A stretch of 30,943 bases of DNA. It comes from Bacillota bacterium. Lineage in GTDB: Bacteria > Bacillota > Sulfobacillia > RBS10-35 > JAJYVM01. Below, in pieces: positions 17,694 to 26,045 of the stretch. How positions within the stretch are numbered: position 1 is the stretch's first letter; every line of letters starts with the position of its first letter. The position numbers were made by a program, and so were the translations under genes. The notes beneath the pieces are model-generated. The model had not been told where the DNA came from. It saw only the letters and a program-made list of their open reading frames with translations, and did no database searches. The DNA lies in contig JAJYVM010000001.1 in the NCBI GenBank assembly GCA_021792015.1, positions 1-30,943 on the forward strand. Reading direction: 5' to 3'.

Positions 17694-19205
17694 ATGGAGC
17701 GAGGTGGCACGGCCGGATCGTGGGCCCTGCGCGACCTCCTGGCGGGGGTAGGCGGCGCTGAGGTGCGGGGCGATCCGGGTTGCCGCGTCGCGGGCCTGGC
17801 GTACGATTCGCGCCGGGTGGCCCCGGGGGATCTTTTCGCCACATGGGTGGGCTTTGAGAAGGACGGGCACGCGTTCGTGCGCGAGGCCGTGGCGGCCGGA
17901 GCCGTCGCCTGCCTGGTCGAGCGCCGGGGTGTCGTCCCGGCGGACGCGGTCGAGGTCTACGTGCAGGACAGCCGGCGCGCCCTGTCGCGGGTCGCGGCCA
18001 ACTTTTACGGCCACCCCGCGCGGTCGCTGCACGTCATCGGCGTGACCGGGACGAAGGGCAAGACCACCACCACCTACCTGTGCCGCGAGGTGCTGGGCAC
18101 CATCGCGCCCGTCGGGCTGATCGGCACGGTGCAGACGATCGTGGGCGGACAGCCGCGGGTCAGCCGGGGTGCGCACCTGACCACGCCGGAGGCGCCTGAC
18201 CTGCACGCGGCCTTCGCCGACATGGTGGCCGCCGGTGACCGCTACTGTGTGATGGAGGCCTCCTCGCTCGCCCTCGCCCGCCATCGGGTGGACGACTGCA
18301 TGTTCCGCACGGCGGTCTTCACCAACCTCACCCATGACCACATCGGCGGGCGGGAGCACCCGGACCTGCAGAGCTACCAGGCGGCCAAGGAGCGGCTGTT
18401 CCGGCTGTGCGATCCCACCGGCCACGCCGTGGTCAACGCCGACGATCCGTCGTCCGAGCTGATGACCCGGGCCACGTCGGCCGCGGTCGTCACATACGGG
18501 TTGCGGCCGGGGGCCGACGTTCGTGCCGAGGGCATCGAGATCGACCCGGCCGGCGCCTCGTTCGTGCTGGTGCACCACGGCGTGCGCCATCCCGTGCGCC
18601 TGCACCTGACGGGCCGCTTCAACGTGTACAACGCCCTCGCGGCGTTCGCCGTCGGCATGACCGCCGGCGTCGATCCCGCCGCGGCGGTTGCCGCCCTCGA
18701 GCGTGTGAGCGGGGTGCCCGGCCGCTTCCAGGTGGTGCCGAGCCTGCTGCCGTTCAGCGTCATCGTGGACTACGCCCATACGCCGGACAGCCTGCAGAAC
18801 GTGCTGGGCACGGCGCGCGAGTTCGCCCGCGGGCGCGTGATCGCCGTGTTCGGCGCGGGCGGCGACCGGGACCGCGGCAAGCGCCCGCGCATGGGGGCCA
18901 TCGCCGCCGCCTCCGCCGACGTCGTGATCCTGACCTCCGACAACCCTCGCAGCGAGGACCCCGAGGCGATCCTGGCCGACATCGCGGCCGGGATCGTGCA
19001 GGCCCCGGCCGGCGGCATGCGCATGATCGCCGACCGGCGCCACGCCATCGAGACGGCGATCGCCGAGGCGCGCGAGGGGGACGTGATCATCATCGCCGGC
19101 AAGGGGCACGAGACCTACCAGATCTTCTCCGACCGCACCATCGACTTCGACGACCGCGAGGTGGCCGCGCAGGCCCTGCGCGCCCGCTCCGAGGACCGGG
19201 CCTGA
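17694..19205 (+). CDS. murE: UDP-MurNAc-Ala-Glu:meso-DAP ligase
   Basis: YDSRRV, VTGTKGKTTT, LTTPEA, VMEASS, FTNLTHDH, GRFQ, VDYAHTPDSL, GGDRDRGKRP.MG, TSDNPR (DAP-type), IAGKGHETYQ. GGAGG SD at 17681-17685. Confidence 0.96.
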   Translation: MERGGTAGSWALRDLLAGVGGAEVRGDPGCRVAGLAYDSRRVAPGDLFATWVGFEKDGHAFVREAVAAGAVACLVERRGVVPADAVEVYVQDSRRALSRVAANFYGHPARSLHVIGVTGTKGKTTTTYLCREVLGTIAPVGLIGTVQTIVGGQPRVSRGAHLTTPEAPDLHAAFADMVAAGDRYCVMEASSLALARHRVDDCMFRTAVFTNLTHDHIGGREHPDLQSYQAAKERLFRLCDPTGHAVVNADDPSSELMTRATSAAVVTYGLRPGADVRAEGIEIDPAGASFVLVHHGVRHPVRLHLTGRFNVYNALAAFAVGMTAGVDPAAAVAALERVSGVPGRFQVVPSLLPFSVIVDYAHTPDSLQNVLGTAREFARGRVIAVFGAGGDRDRGKRPRMGAIAAASADVVILTSDNPRSEDPEAILADIAAGIVQAPAGGMRMIADRRHAIETAIAEAREGDVIIIAGKGHETYQIFSDRTIDFDDREVAAQALRARSEDRA

Positions 19206-19206
19206 C

Positions 19207-20613
19207 GTGCGCCTGAGCTTGGGCGAGTTGGCGCATCTCACCTCCGGCCGGGTGGCCGCCGGCGATCCATTCCAGCTCGTGCTGGGCATGGCCACCGACA
19301 GCCGGCGCGTGCGTGCGGGCGACCTGTTCTGCGCCCTGCCCGGCGAGCGCACCGACGGTCACCGCTTCATCGGCGCGGCCCTGGCGGCCGGTGCAGTGGG
19401 CGCCCTGGCGGCGGAGACGCCGCCCGACCTACCGGCCGGCAAGGCGCTGCTGCTGGTGGACGACCCCGTGAAGGCCCTCGGCCGGGCGGCGGCCACGTGG
19501 CTGAGCCGGCTGCGCCCGCGCCTGCGGGTGATCGGGGTGACGGGCAGCGTCGGCAAGACGACGACCCGGACGCTCGCCGTGGCGGCGGCCGCGGCCCGCC
19601 TGCGGGTCCTGGAGCCGCCCGGCAACTACAACACGGAGATCGGGCTGCCCATCGCCTGCCTGGAGGCGACCCCGGAGCACGATGTGGCGATTCTCGAGCT
19701 GGCCATGCGCGGCGCCGGCCAGATCGCCCGCCTGGCGGAGATCTGCCGGCCCGAGATCGGTGCGCTGACCCTGATCGGGCCGAGCCACATCGAGGTCCTC
19801 GGCAGCATGGAGGCCGTGGCCGCGGCCAAGGCCGAGCTGCTGGAGGCCCTGCCCGCGGACGGCCTGGCCGTGCTCAACGCGGACGACCCCTGGCAGCGCC
19901 GCATTGCGGCCAAGTCGCCGGCGCCGGTGCGGTGGTATGGGTGCGGTCCGGACGCCGACATCCAGGCCAGCGACGTGGTGGTGCTGCCGGGCGCGGGCAC
20001 CCGCTTCCGGTTGCGCCTGCCCGGGCAGGCTCCTGTCGAGGTGTGCCTGCGCCTGCCGGGCCGCCACCAGGTGGGCAACGCCATGGCCGCGGCCGGGGCG
20101 GTGGCGGCCCTCGGGCTGCCGGCCGAGGCCATCGCGCAGGGCCTGGCCCGGGCCGAGCCGCCGCACGACCGCCTGGAGATCCACCATGTGGGCCCGGTCA
20201 CGCTGATCAGCGACGTGTATAACGCGAGCCCGGCCTCCTCCGCCGCGGCGCTCGATGTCCTCGCGCAGGTATCATCGCCGGGCCGTGCCCTCATCCTGTT
20301 CGGCGACATGCTGGAGCTCGGCGAGGTGACGGAGCCGGGGCACCGCGAGGTCGGCGGCGCGGTGGCCCGCTCGCCGGCGCGGGCGCTCGCCACCGTCGGC
20401 AGATCGAGCGCGACCTGGCTGCGGCCGGCCTCCGGCTTGCCGGGTCCCGACTGCGACGAGCCCGAGGCGGCCGCGGACTGGGCCCTCCGTGAGGTGCGTC
20501 CCGGGGATACGGTTCTGGTCAAGGGGTCCCGCGGCATGGAGATGGAGCGGGCCCTGGAACGCCTGCGGCGGGGGCTGGCGGCGGCCACCGGCGGCCGCGT
20601 GGGCCCCGGATGA
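19207..20613 (+). CDS. murF: UDP-MurNAc-tripeptide:D-Ala-D-Ala ligase
   Basis: TDSRRV, GERTDGH, GVTGSVGKTTT, GNYNTEIGLP, ELAMR, D.YNASP.S, GDMLELG, VLVKGSRGM.ME. Confidence 0.95.
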   Translation: MRLSLGELAHLTSGRVAAGDPFQLVLGMATDSRRVRAGDLFCALPGERTDGHRFIGAALAAGAVGALAAETPPDLPAGKALLLVDDPVKALGRAAATWLSRLRPRLRVIGVTGSVGKTTTRTLAVAAAAARLRVLEPPGNYNTEIGLPIACLEATPEHDVAILELAMRGAGQIARLAEICRPEIGALTLIGPSHIEVLGSMEAVAAAKAELLEALPADGLAVLNADDPWQRRIAAKSPAPVRWYGCGPDADIQASDVVVLPGAGTRFRLRLPGQAPVEVCLRLPGRHQVGNAMAAAGAVAALGLPAEAIAQGLARAEPPHDRLEIHHVGPVTLISDVYNASPASSAAALDVLAQVSSPGRALILFGDMLELGEVTEPGHREVGGAVARSPARALATVGRSSATWLRPASGLPGPDCDEPEAAADWALREVRPGDTVLVKGSRGMEMERALERLRRGLAAATGGRVGPG

Positions 20614-20660
20614 AGCGCGGACGCCGCCTGCCAGCCGCGCGCGTCGCGGGCCACGTCGCC

Positions 20661-20744
20661 GCCACGGGCAGAGGCCGTGCCGCGGCGGGCGGAAGCCGCG
20701 TTGCCACGGGCAGAGGCCGTGCCGCGGCGGGCGGAAGCCGCGTT
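20661..20744. repeat. Perfect 42-bp tandem duplication with two hairpins per unit
   Basis: GCCACGGGCAGAGGCCGTGCCGCGGCGGGCGGAAGCCGCGTT at 20661 and 20703; internal CACGG/CCGTG and CGCGGC/GCCGCG inverted repeats. Confidence 0.95.
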
Positions 20745-20788
20745 GCGCGAATGGCAGCGACATGCCGTGGGTCGAGGGGGGCGGGCGG

Positions 20789-21781
20789 ATGACGGCGGCC
20801 CTCGCCGGGCAGGCGCTGCTTGCGGGGATCGCCGCGGCCATCGCCGCGGCACTCATCGTGCCAGCCGGGATCCCCTGGCTCCGCGGACTCGGCTTTCGCC
20901 AGCAGGTGCGCGAGCAGGGACCGCAGAGCCACCTCGCCAAGGCCGGCACGCCGACCATGGGGGGCCTGCTCTTTCTGCCGGTCGGCGCGCTCGCGGCCAT
21001 CGCCACGTTTCCCTTCGACCCCGCCCTGTACGTGGCGCTGGCGATCTCTCTCGGCCACGGCGCCCTCGGCTTCGTCGACGACTACCGCAAGACGGCGCTG
21101 GGGCGGCCGCTCGGGCTCAAGGCGCGCGAGAAGCTGGTCGGCCAGACCCTTCTCGGGCTCATTCTGGCGCTGGCGGCCCTCGGGCCGCTGCACGCGGGCG
21201 GCGCGGTGTCCGTGCCCTTCACGGGCCTGATGATCACGCCGGCGCCGGTGCTCTTCGTCGTCTTCGTCGTGCTGGTGGTGATCGCCACCACGAACGCCAC
21301 CAACCTGACCGACGGCGCCGACGGGCTGCTGGCCACCACCGCGCTGCCGCCGCTCGCCGCCTTCGCCCTGCTGGCCCTGCTCCAGGGACAGGGCGGGGCC
21401 GCGGCCGTCCTGCTAGGCTTGGCCGGTGCCCTGCTGGGCTTTCTCCGCGTCAATCGCCACCCGGCCAAGGTCATCATGGGTGATACGGGCTCCATGGCCA
21501 TCGGCGGCGCCCTGGCGGCCGTCGCGGTGCTGACGCACGCGGAACTTTGGCTGATCTGGATCGGCGGCCTGTTCGTCCTCGAGGACCTCTCCGTGATGGT
21601 GCAGGTGGCCTACTTCCGCCGCACGGGGCGGCGGGTGCTGCGCATGTCGCCCCTGCACCACCACTTCGAGCTGGGCGGGTGGAGCGAGCCGACCCTCGTG
21701 AGCCGCTTCGCGCTCGCCAGCCTGCTGCTCGCGGGCACCGGGCTGCTGGCGGCCCTCGCCCAGGGGGTCGGCCTGCGTTGA
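20789..21781 (+). CDS. mraY: Phospho-MurNAc-pentapeptide translocase
   Basis: QVREQGP.SH..K.GTPTMGG, GFVDDY, NATNLTDGADG, N.HPAKVIMGDTGS, MSPLHHHFE. GAGGGGG SD before ATG 20789. Confidence 0.96.
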   Translation: MTAALAGQALLAGIAAAIAAALIVPAGIPWLRGLGFRQQVREQGPQSHLAKAGTPTMGGLLFLPVGALAAIATFPFDPALYVALAISLGHGALGFVDDYRKTALGRPLGLKAREKLVGQTLLGLILALAALGPLHAGGAVSVPFTGLMITPAPVLFVVFVVLVVIATTNATNLTDGADGLLATTALPPLAAFALLALLQGQGGAAAVLLGLAGALLGFLRVNRHPAKVIMGDTGSMAIGGALAAVAVLTHAELWLIWIGGLFVLEDLSVMVQVAYFRRTGRRVLRMSPLHHHFELGGWSEPTLVSRFALASLLLAGTGLLAALAQGVGLR

Positions 21782-23427
21782 GCGAGCGCGTCGGCCCCGC
21801 AGGGGAAGGTCGCGGTGGCCGGGACCGGGGCTGGGGTGCCGGTTCGCCGGGTCCTGCGCGCGGTCCCGCGGATGGCGCCGCCGAAGGTCCCGCGCGGGGC
21901 GGGAGCGCCGGGCGCTCGGGCGGCGATGCGGACCGCCGTCCCGATCGCGGGGGGGCCATGGGCCGTGACGCTCGCCCAGCCGGCGCGCCCTCCGGCGAGG
22001 CAGGCGGCAGCCGCACCGGTGCCGCCTCGCGCCTGCGTCCCGACGCGCGGCCTCCGGCCGCGGCCGATGACGACTTCCTGGCTTCCGCGGTCCCGTCGGG
22101 CCTCTCCCGGCCACGGCGCGCTCCTGCGGCAGACCCCATGTCGCCGTACGCGGGCCTGCGCGGCGGGGACAGCGCCGACCGCGTGCGCCCCACCCGTGCC
22201 GCCTACGACCTGGACGGCGAAGCCGGGACCGGGCTCGGGGTCCGCGCGGGCAGGCCCGCCCGACCCGAGACCGAGCCGGAGACCGCCTCGCGCTGGCCCG
22301 TCCGCCCCGTCCGCCCCGGCCGCCCCGCGGGCGTGACCCGGCAGGCGCCGGACTACCTTGTGCTGCTCGTCGTCGCCGCGCTGGTCGCCATCGGCATGGT
22401 GATGGTGTACTCATCCTCCTCCGTCGACGGCGCCGTCAACTACCACGACCCCGCGTACTTCCTCAAGCGCCAGCTCGCCGGCCTGGTGGTCGGCGGGCTC
22501 GCCCTGCTCTTTTGCATGAACTGGCCGTACTGGAACTGGCGCCGCTTCGCCCCGGCGATGCTGGTCGTGACGGTGGTCATGCTGTTTCTGGTGCTGGTGC
22601 CGCATGTCGGCATCCAGGTCCTCGGCGCCCGCCGCTGGCTCGGCTACCACAGCCTGCGCCTGCAGCCGTCGGAGATCGCCAAGCTCTCGCTGATCGTGTT
22701 CTTCGCCGACTGGCTGGCGCGCGCCGGCCCCCGCCTGCAGAACTGGCGCACCGGCGTGCTGCCCTTTCTGGTGATGATCGGCGTCATCTTCGGCCTGATC
22801 CTGGCCGAGCCCGACCTCGGCACGGCCGCCGCCATCACGGGCACCTCGCTGATCATGCTCTTTCTGGCCGGCGTGCCCATCCTGCACCTGGCGGCGACGG
22901 CCCTTGCCGGCGTGCCCGTGCTCGCGTACGCCATCCTGGGATCGTCGTACCGGCGCGCCCGCCTGTTCTCCTTTCTGAACCCGCAGGCCCACCCCCTGAG
23001 CAGCGGGTACCACATCATGCAGGCCCTGTATGCCCTTGGCTCGGGCGGCCTCTTCGGCCTCGGCCTCGGCCTCAGCCGCCAGAAGTACTTCTACCTGCCC
23101 GAGCGCCACACTGACTTCATCTTCGCGATTCTGGGCGAGGAGCTGGGCCTGGTCGGCGGCCTTTTGCTGCTGGGGCTCTTCCTGGTGCTGATCTGGCGCG
23201 GTTACCGCATCGCGGTCGCCGCGCCCGACACCTTCTCCTCGCTCCTGGCGTCCGGCGTGACGACGATGATCGCCGTGCAGGTGGTCATCAACATCGGCGT
23301 CGTGACGTCCGTGCTGCCGATCACCGGCATCACGCTGCCCTTCATCAGCTTCGGCAGCAGCTCGCTGGTCATCGTGCTGGCGGGAATGGGCATATTGTGC
23401 AACGTGTCGCGGTATGCGCGCCTATGA
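21778..23427 (+). CDS. ftsW: FtsW/SpoVE SEDS peptidoglycan glycosyltransferase with long low-complexity N-terminus
   Basis: MVYSSS, GARRWL, QPSEIAK, EPDLGT, YLPE.HTDFIF..LGEELG, GITLPFISFG.SS. Start uncertain: TTG 21778 overlaps the mraY stop; alternatives are 21958, 22138 and 22333. Confidence 0.92.
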   Translation: MSERVGPAGEGRGGRDRGWGAGSPGPARGPADGAAEGPARGGSAGRSGGDADRRPDRGGAMGRDARPAGAPSGEAGGSRTGAASRLRPDARPPAAADDDFLASAVPSGLSRPRRAPAADPMSPYAGLRGGDSADRVRPTRAAYDLDGEAGTGLGVRAGRPARPETEPETASRWPVRPVRPGRPAGVTRQAPDYLVLLVVAALVAIGMVMVYSSSSVDGAVNYHDPAYFLKRQLAGLVVGGLALLFCMNWPYWNWRRFAPAMLVVTVVMLFLVLVPHVGIQVLGARRWLGYHSLRLQPSEIAKLSLIVFFADWLARAGPRLQNWRTGVLPFLVMIGVIFGLILAEPDLGTAAAITGTSLIMLFLAGVPILHLAATALAGVPVLAYAILGSSYRRARLFSFLNPQAHPLSSGYHIMQALYALGSGGLFGLGLGLSRQKYFYLPERHTDFIFAILGEELGLVGGLLLLGLFLVLIWRGYRIAVAAPDTFSSLLASGVTTMIAVQVVINIGVVTSVLPITGITLPFISFGSSSLVIVLAGMGILCNVSRYARL

Positions 23428-24542
23428 CTGCGATTCGTGACCGGGGCCGCCTGCGCGGCCCCGGCGAGCATGGTTCCCGCTGGCGTCTGCTGGTGACGGG
23501 CGGGGGTACGGGCGGGCACATCTACCCGGCGCTGGCCGTCGCGGGGCGGGCCGCGGAGCGGTTTCCGCCGGTGGACGTCCTCTTCGTGGGCGCCGAGGGG
23601 GGCATGGAGGCCGCCATCGTGCCCAAGGAGGGCTTCAAGTTCGAGGGGGTCCCCGTCAGCGGGATCGTGCGCAAGCGGCCCGTCGAGATGCTGCGCGGGC
23701 TCGTGCGGCTGGGTGCGGCGGAGAGCCGCGCCCTGCGAATTGTGCGCCGCTTCCGGCCTGACGTCGTGGTCGCCACGGGCGGGTACGCCTCCGGACCCGT
23801 CGGGCTGGCCGCCTGGTTGCTGGGGGTGCCGCTGGTCCTGCAGGAGCAGAACGTGGTGCCCGGTGTGACGAACCGCCTGCTGAGCCGCGTCGCCGTCGGC
23901 GTCGCCGTGCCGCACGCGGAAGCCGCGAAGGCGCTTTCACGGCGGGCGAGGGTCTGGGTGGTGGGCAACCCGATCCGCCGCGAGCTCATGGGCGCCGAGC
24001 GCGCGGACGCGCGCCGGCGCCTCGACCTTCCCGGCGGTGGCCAGGTCGTGCTGATGGTGGCGGGAAGCCGCGGATCAGCGGTTTTCGTCAGGCTCCTGAA
24101 GGAGTGGGACGGGCCCGGGCTGCTGTATTTCGTGGCCGGGAGGGCGCACTACGCTGCGGCGAAGCCGCTTGCGCGCGACGGCGTGCGCGTGGTGCCGTAC
24201 CTGGAGGATGCCGGCCTCGGCTACGCGGCGGCCGATCTGGTGGTGTGCAGGGCCGGAGCGATCACCCTGGCGGAGCTGGCGGCGGTCGGAAAGCCGTCCA
24301 TTCTCATTCCATCCCCGCATGTCACCCACCACCACCAGGAGGCCAACGCGGCCGTGTTCGCGAAGGCCGGGGCGGCCGTCGTCCTGCCCGAGGCGGGCTT
24401 GGACGGGGTGCGTCTGGCCGCCGCGGTGCGGGAGCTGCTCGATGACCCGCAACGCCTGCGGCGGATGGCGGAGGCAGGCCTGCAGTTGGGACGGCCAGAC
24501 GCACTCGATGAATTGGTGGAGCGGGTCCATGCGCTGGTGTAG
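23424..24542 (+). CDS. murG: Undecaprenyl-PP-MurNAc-pentapeptide GlcNAc transferase
   Basis: GGGTGGHIYPA, GGYAS.P, EQN.VPG.TN, GNPIR, GSRG, RAGA.TLAEL, HQE.NA. ATGA overlap with ftsW. Confidence 0.96.
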   Translation: MTAIRDRGRLRGPGEHGSRWRLLVTGGGTGGHIYPALAVAGRAAERFPPVDVLFVGAEGGMEAAIVPKEGFKFEGVPVSGIVRKRPVEMLRGLVRLGAAESRALRIVRRFRPDVVVATGGYASGPVGLAAWLLGVPLVLQEQNVVPGVTNRLLSRVAVGVAVPHAEAAKALSRRARVWVVGNPIRRELMGAERADARRRLDLPGGGQVVLMVAGSRGSAVFVRLLKEWDGPGLLYFVAGRAHYAAAKPLARDGVRVVPYLEDAGLGYAAADLVVCRAGAITLAELAAVGKPSILIPSPHVTHHHQEANAAVFAKAGAAVVLPEAGLDGVRLAAAVRELLDDPQRLRRMAEAGLQLGRPDALDELVERVHALV

Positions 24543-24563
24543 CCGAGGGCGGGGAGTGCGGGT

Positions 24564-25931
24564 ATGAGCGGCGTCCACTTCGTGGGGATCGGCGGCGCGG
24601 GCATGAGCGCCTTAGCCCAGATCGCCCTGGCCCAGGGTCTCCGGGTCTCCGGCTCGGACCAGCGCACCTCGCCCGTGCTGGAGCACCTGCGCGCCCTTGG
24701 GGCGGAGGTGCGTGCCGGGCACGACGGGGCCCAGCTGCCCGCCCACGTCACCGAGGTTGTGGTCTCGACGGCCGTGCCGGCGGACAACCCCGAGGTCGCG
24801 GCGGCCAAGGCCCGCGGCCTGCCTGTCCTGCACCGCTCGGAGTGGCTGGCGCGTCTGATGGCGGGCGGGGACGGCATCGCCGTGGCGGGCAGCCACGGCA
24901 AGTCGACGACGACGGCCATGACGGCCCTCGGCCTGTTGGATGGCGGTCTGGACCCGACCGTGGTCATCGGCGCCGACCTGCCGGCCATCGGCGGCAACGC
25001 CCGCCTGGGCGACGGCCGGTATGTGGTGGCCGAGGCGGACGAGAGCGACGGCTCCTTCCTCCGCCTTGCGCCGCGGATCGCGGTGGTCACCAACGTCGAC
25101 GACGACCACCTCGACCACTACGGGAGCCGGCAGGCCCTGGCGGCGGCCTTTGCCACCTTCGTGAGCAGGCTGCCGGACGACGGCTGCGCGGTGCTCTGCG
25201 CCGACGACCCGGGGGCGGCTGCCCTGGCGGCGGCCTGCACGGCGCGAGTGCTGCGCTATGGTTTGGCGCCGGATGCCGACGTGGTGGCCGCCGACGTGCG
25301 GATCCAGGGCCTGCGGTCCCGCTTCCGGGTGCGGGTCGGCGGCGAGGACTTCGGCGAGTGCGTGCTTTCGGTGCCCGGCCGCCACAATGTCCGGAACGCC
25401 TTGGCGGCCGTGGCCGTCGGCGTGGCCCTCGGCCTTCACCCGCGCGCGGTCGCCCGCGCCCTCGCCCCGTTCGGCGGCGTCGGACGCCGCTTCGAGATCC
25501 TGAACCCCGGCGGCGACCCGCTGGTGGTGGACGACTACGCCCACCACCCCACGGAGATCGCGGCCACGCTGGCGGCGGCGCGCGCGGCCTGCCGCGGCCG
25601 CATCTACGTCGCCTTCCAGCCCCACCGCTACACGCGCACCCAGCTGCTGCTGCCGGCCTTCGGCTCCGCCTTCCAGGCAGCCGACCGGGTTCTGGTGCTG
25701 CCGATCTACGCCGCGGGCGAGGCGCCGCTGGCCGGTGTCGATGCCCGCCAGATCGTGGCGGCGGTGTGCGAGGCCGGCGGTCCCCCCGTGGAGTTCTGCG
25801 CCGACTTCGCCGCCGCGGAGGACCGGCTGCGCGCCTGGGCCGGCCCGGGCGACGTCGTGATGGTGATGGGCGCGGGCGATGTGCGCAGGCTGGGCGAGCA
25901 GATGGTGGCGGCCGCGTCTCCGACGCCGTAA
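24564..25931 (+). CDS. murC: UDP-MurNAc:L-alanine ligase
   Basis: HFVGIGGAGMS, GSD, VAGSHGKSTTT, EADESDGSFL, HNVRNA, GV.RRF, DDYAHHPTEI, FQPHRYTRT. Confidence 0.96.
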   Translation: MSGVHFVGIGGAGMSALAQIALAQGLRVSGSDQRTSPVLEHLRALGAEVRAGHDGAQLPAHVTEVVVSTAVPADNPEVAAAKARGLPVLHRSEWLARLMAGGDGIAVAGSHGKSTTTAMTALGLLDGGLDPTVVIGADLPAIGGNARLGDGRYVVAEADESDGSFLRLAPRIAVVTNVDDDHLDHYGSRQALAAAFATFVSRLPDDGCAVLCADDPGAAALAAACTARVLRYGLAPDADVVAADVRIQGLRSRFRVRVGGEDFGECVLSVPGRHNVRNALAAVAVGVALGLHPRAVARALAPFGGVGRRFEILNPGGDPLVVDDYAHHPTEIAATLAAARAACRGRIYVAFQPHRYTRTQLLLPAFGSAFQAADRVLVLPIYAAGEAPLAGVDARQIVAAVCEAGGPPVEFCADFAAAEDRLRAWAGPGDVVMVMGAGDVRRLGEQMVAAASPTP

Positions 25932-26031
25932 CCATGGGTCGTGAAGGCCACGCGGGGCGCCGTAACCATGGATGGCGAAGGCCATGCGGGACGCCGTAAC
26001 CATGGATGGCGAAGGCCATGCGGGACGCATT
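25924..26031. repeat. 34-bp tandem repeat x3 (CGCCGTAACCATGGATGGCGAAGGCCATGCGGGA), related to the 30-bp array
   Basis: Units at 25924 (diverged), 25958 and 25992 (identical). The murC stop TAA is part of unit 1. Confidence 0.93.
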
Positions 26032-26045
26032 GGGGAGGCCTCTCC

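Noticed and set aside
21782-22340. murD pseudogene between mraY and ftsW
   Set aside because: No Mur-ligase motifs (GxGxSG, GTNGKTT) in any forward frame.
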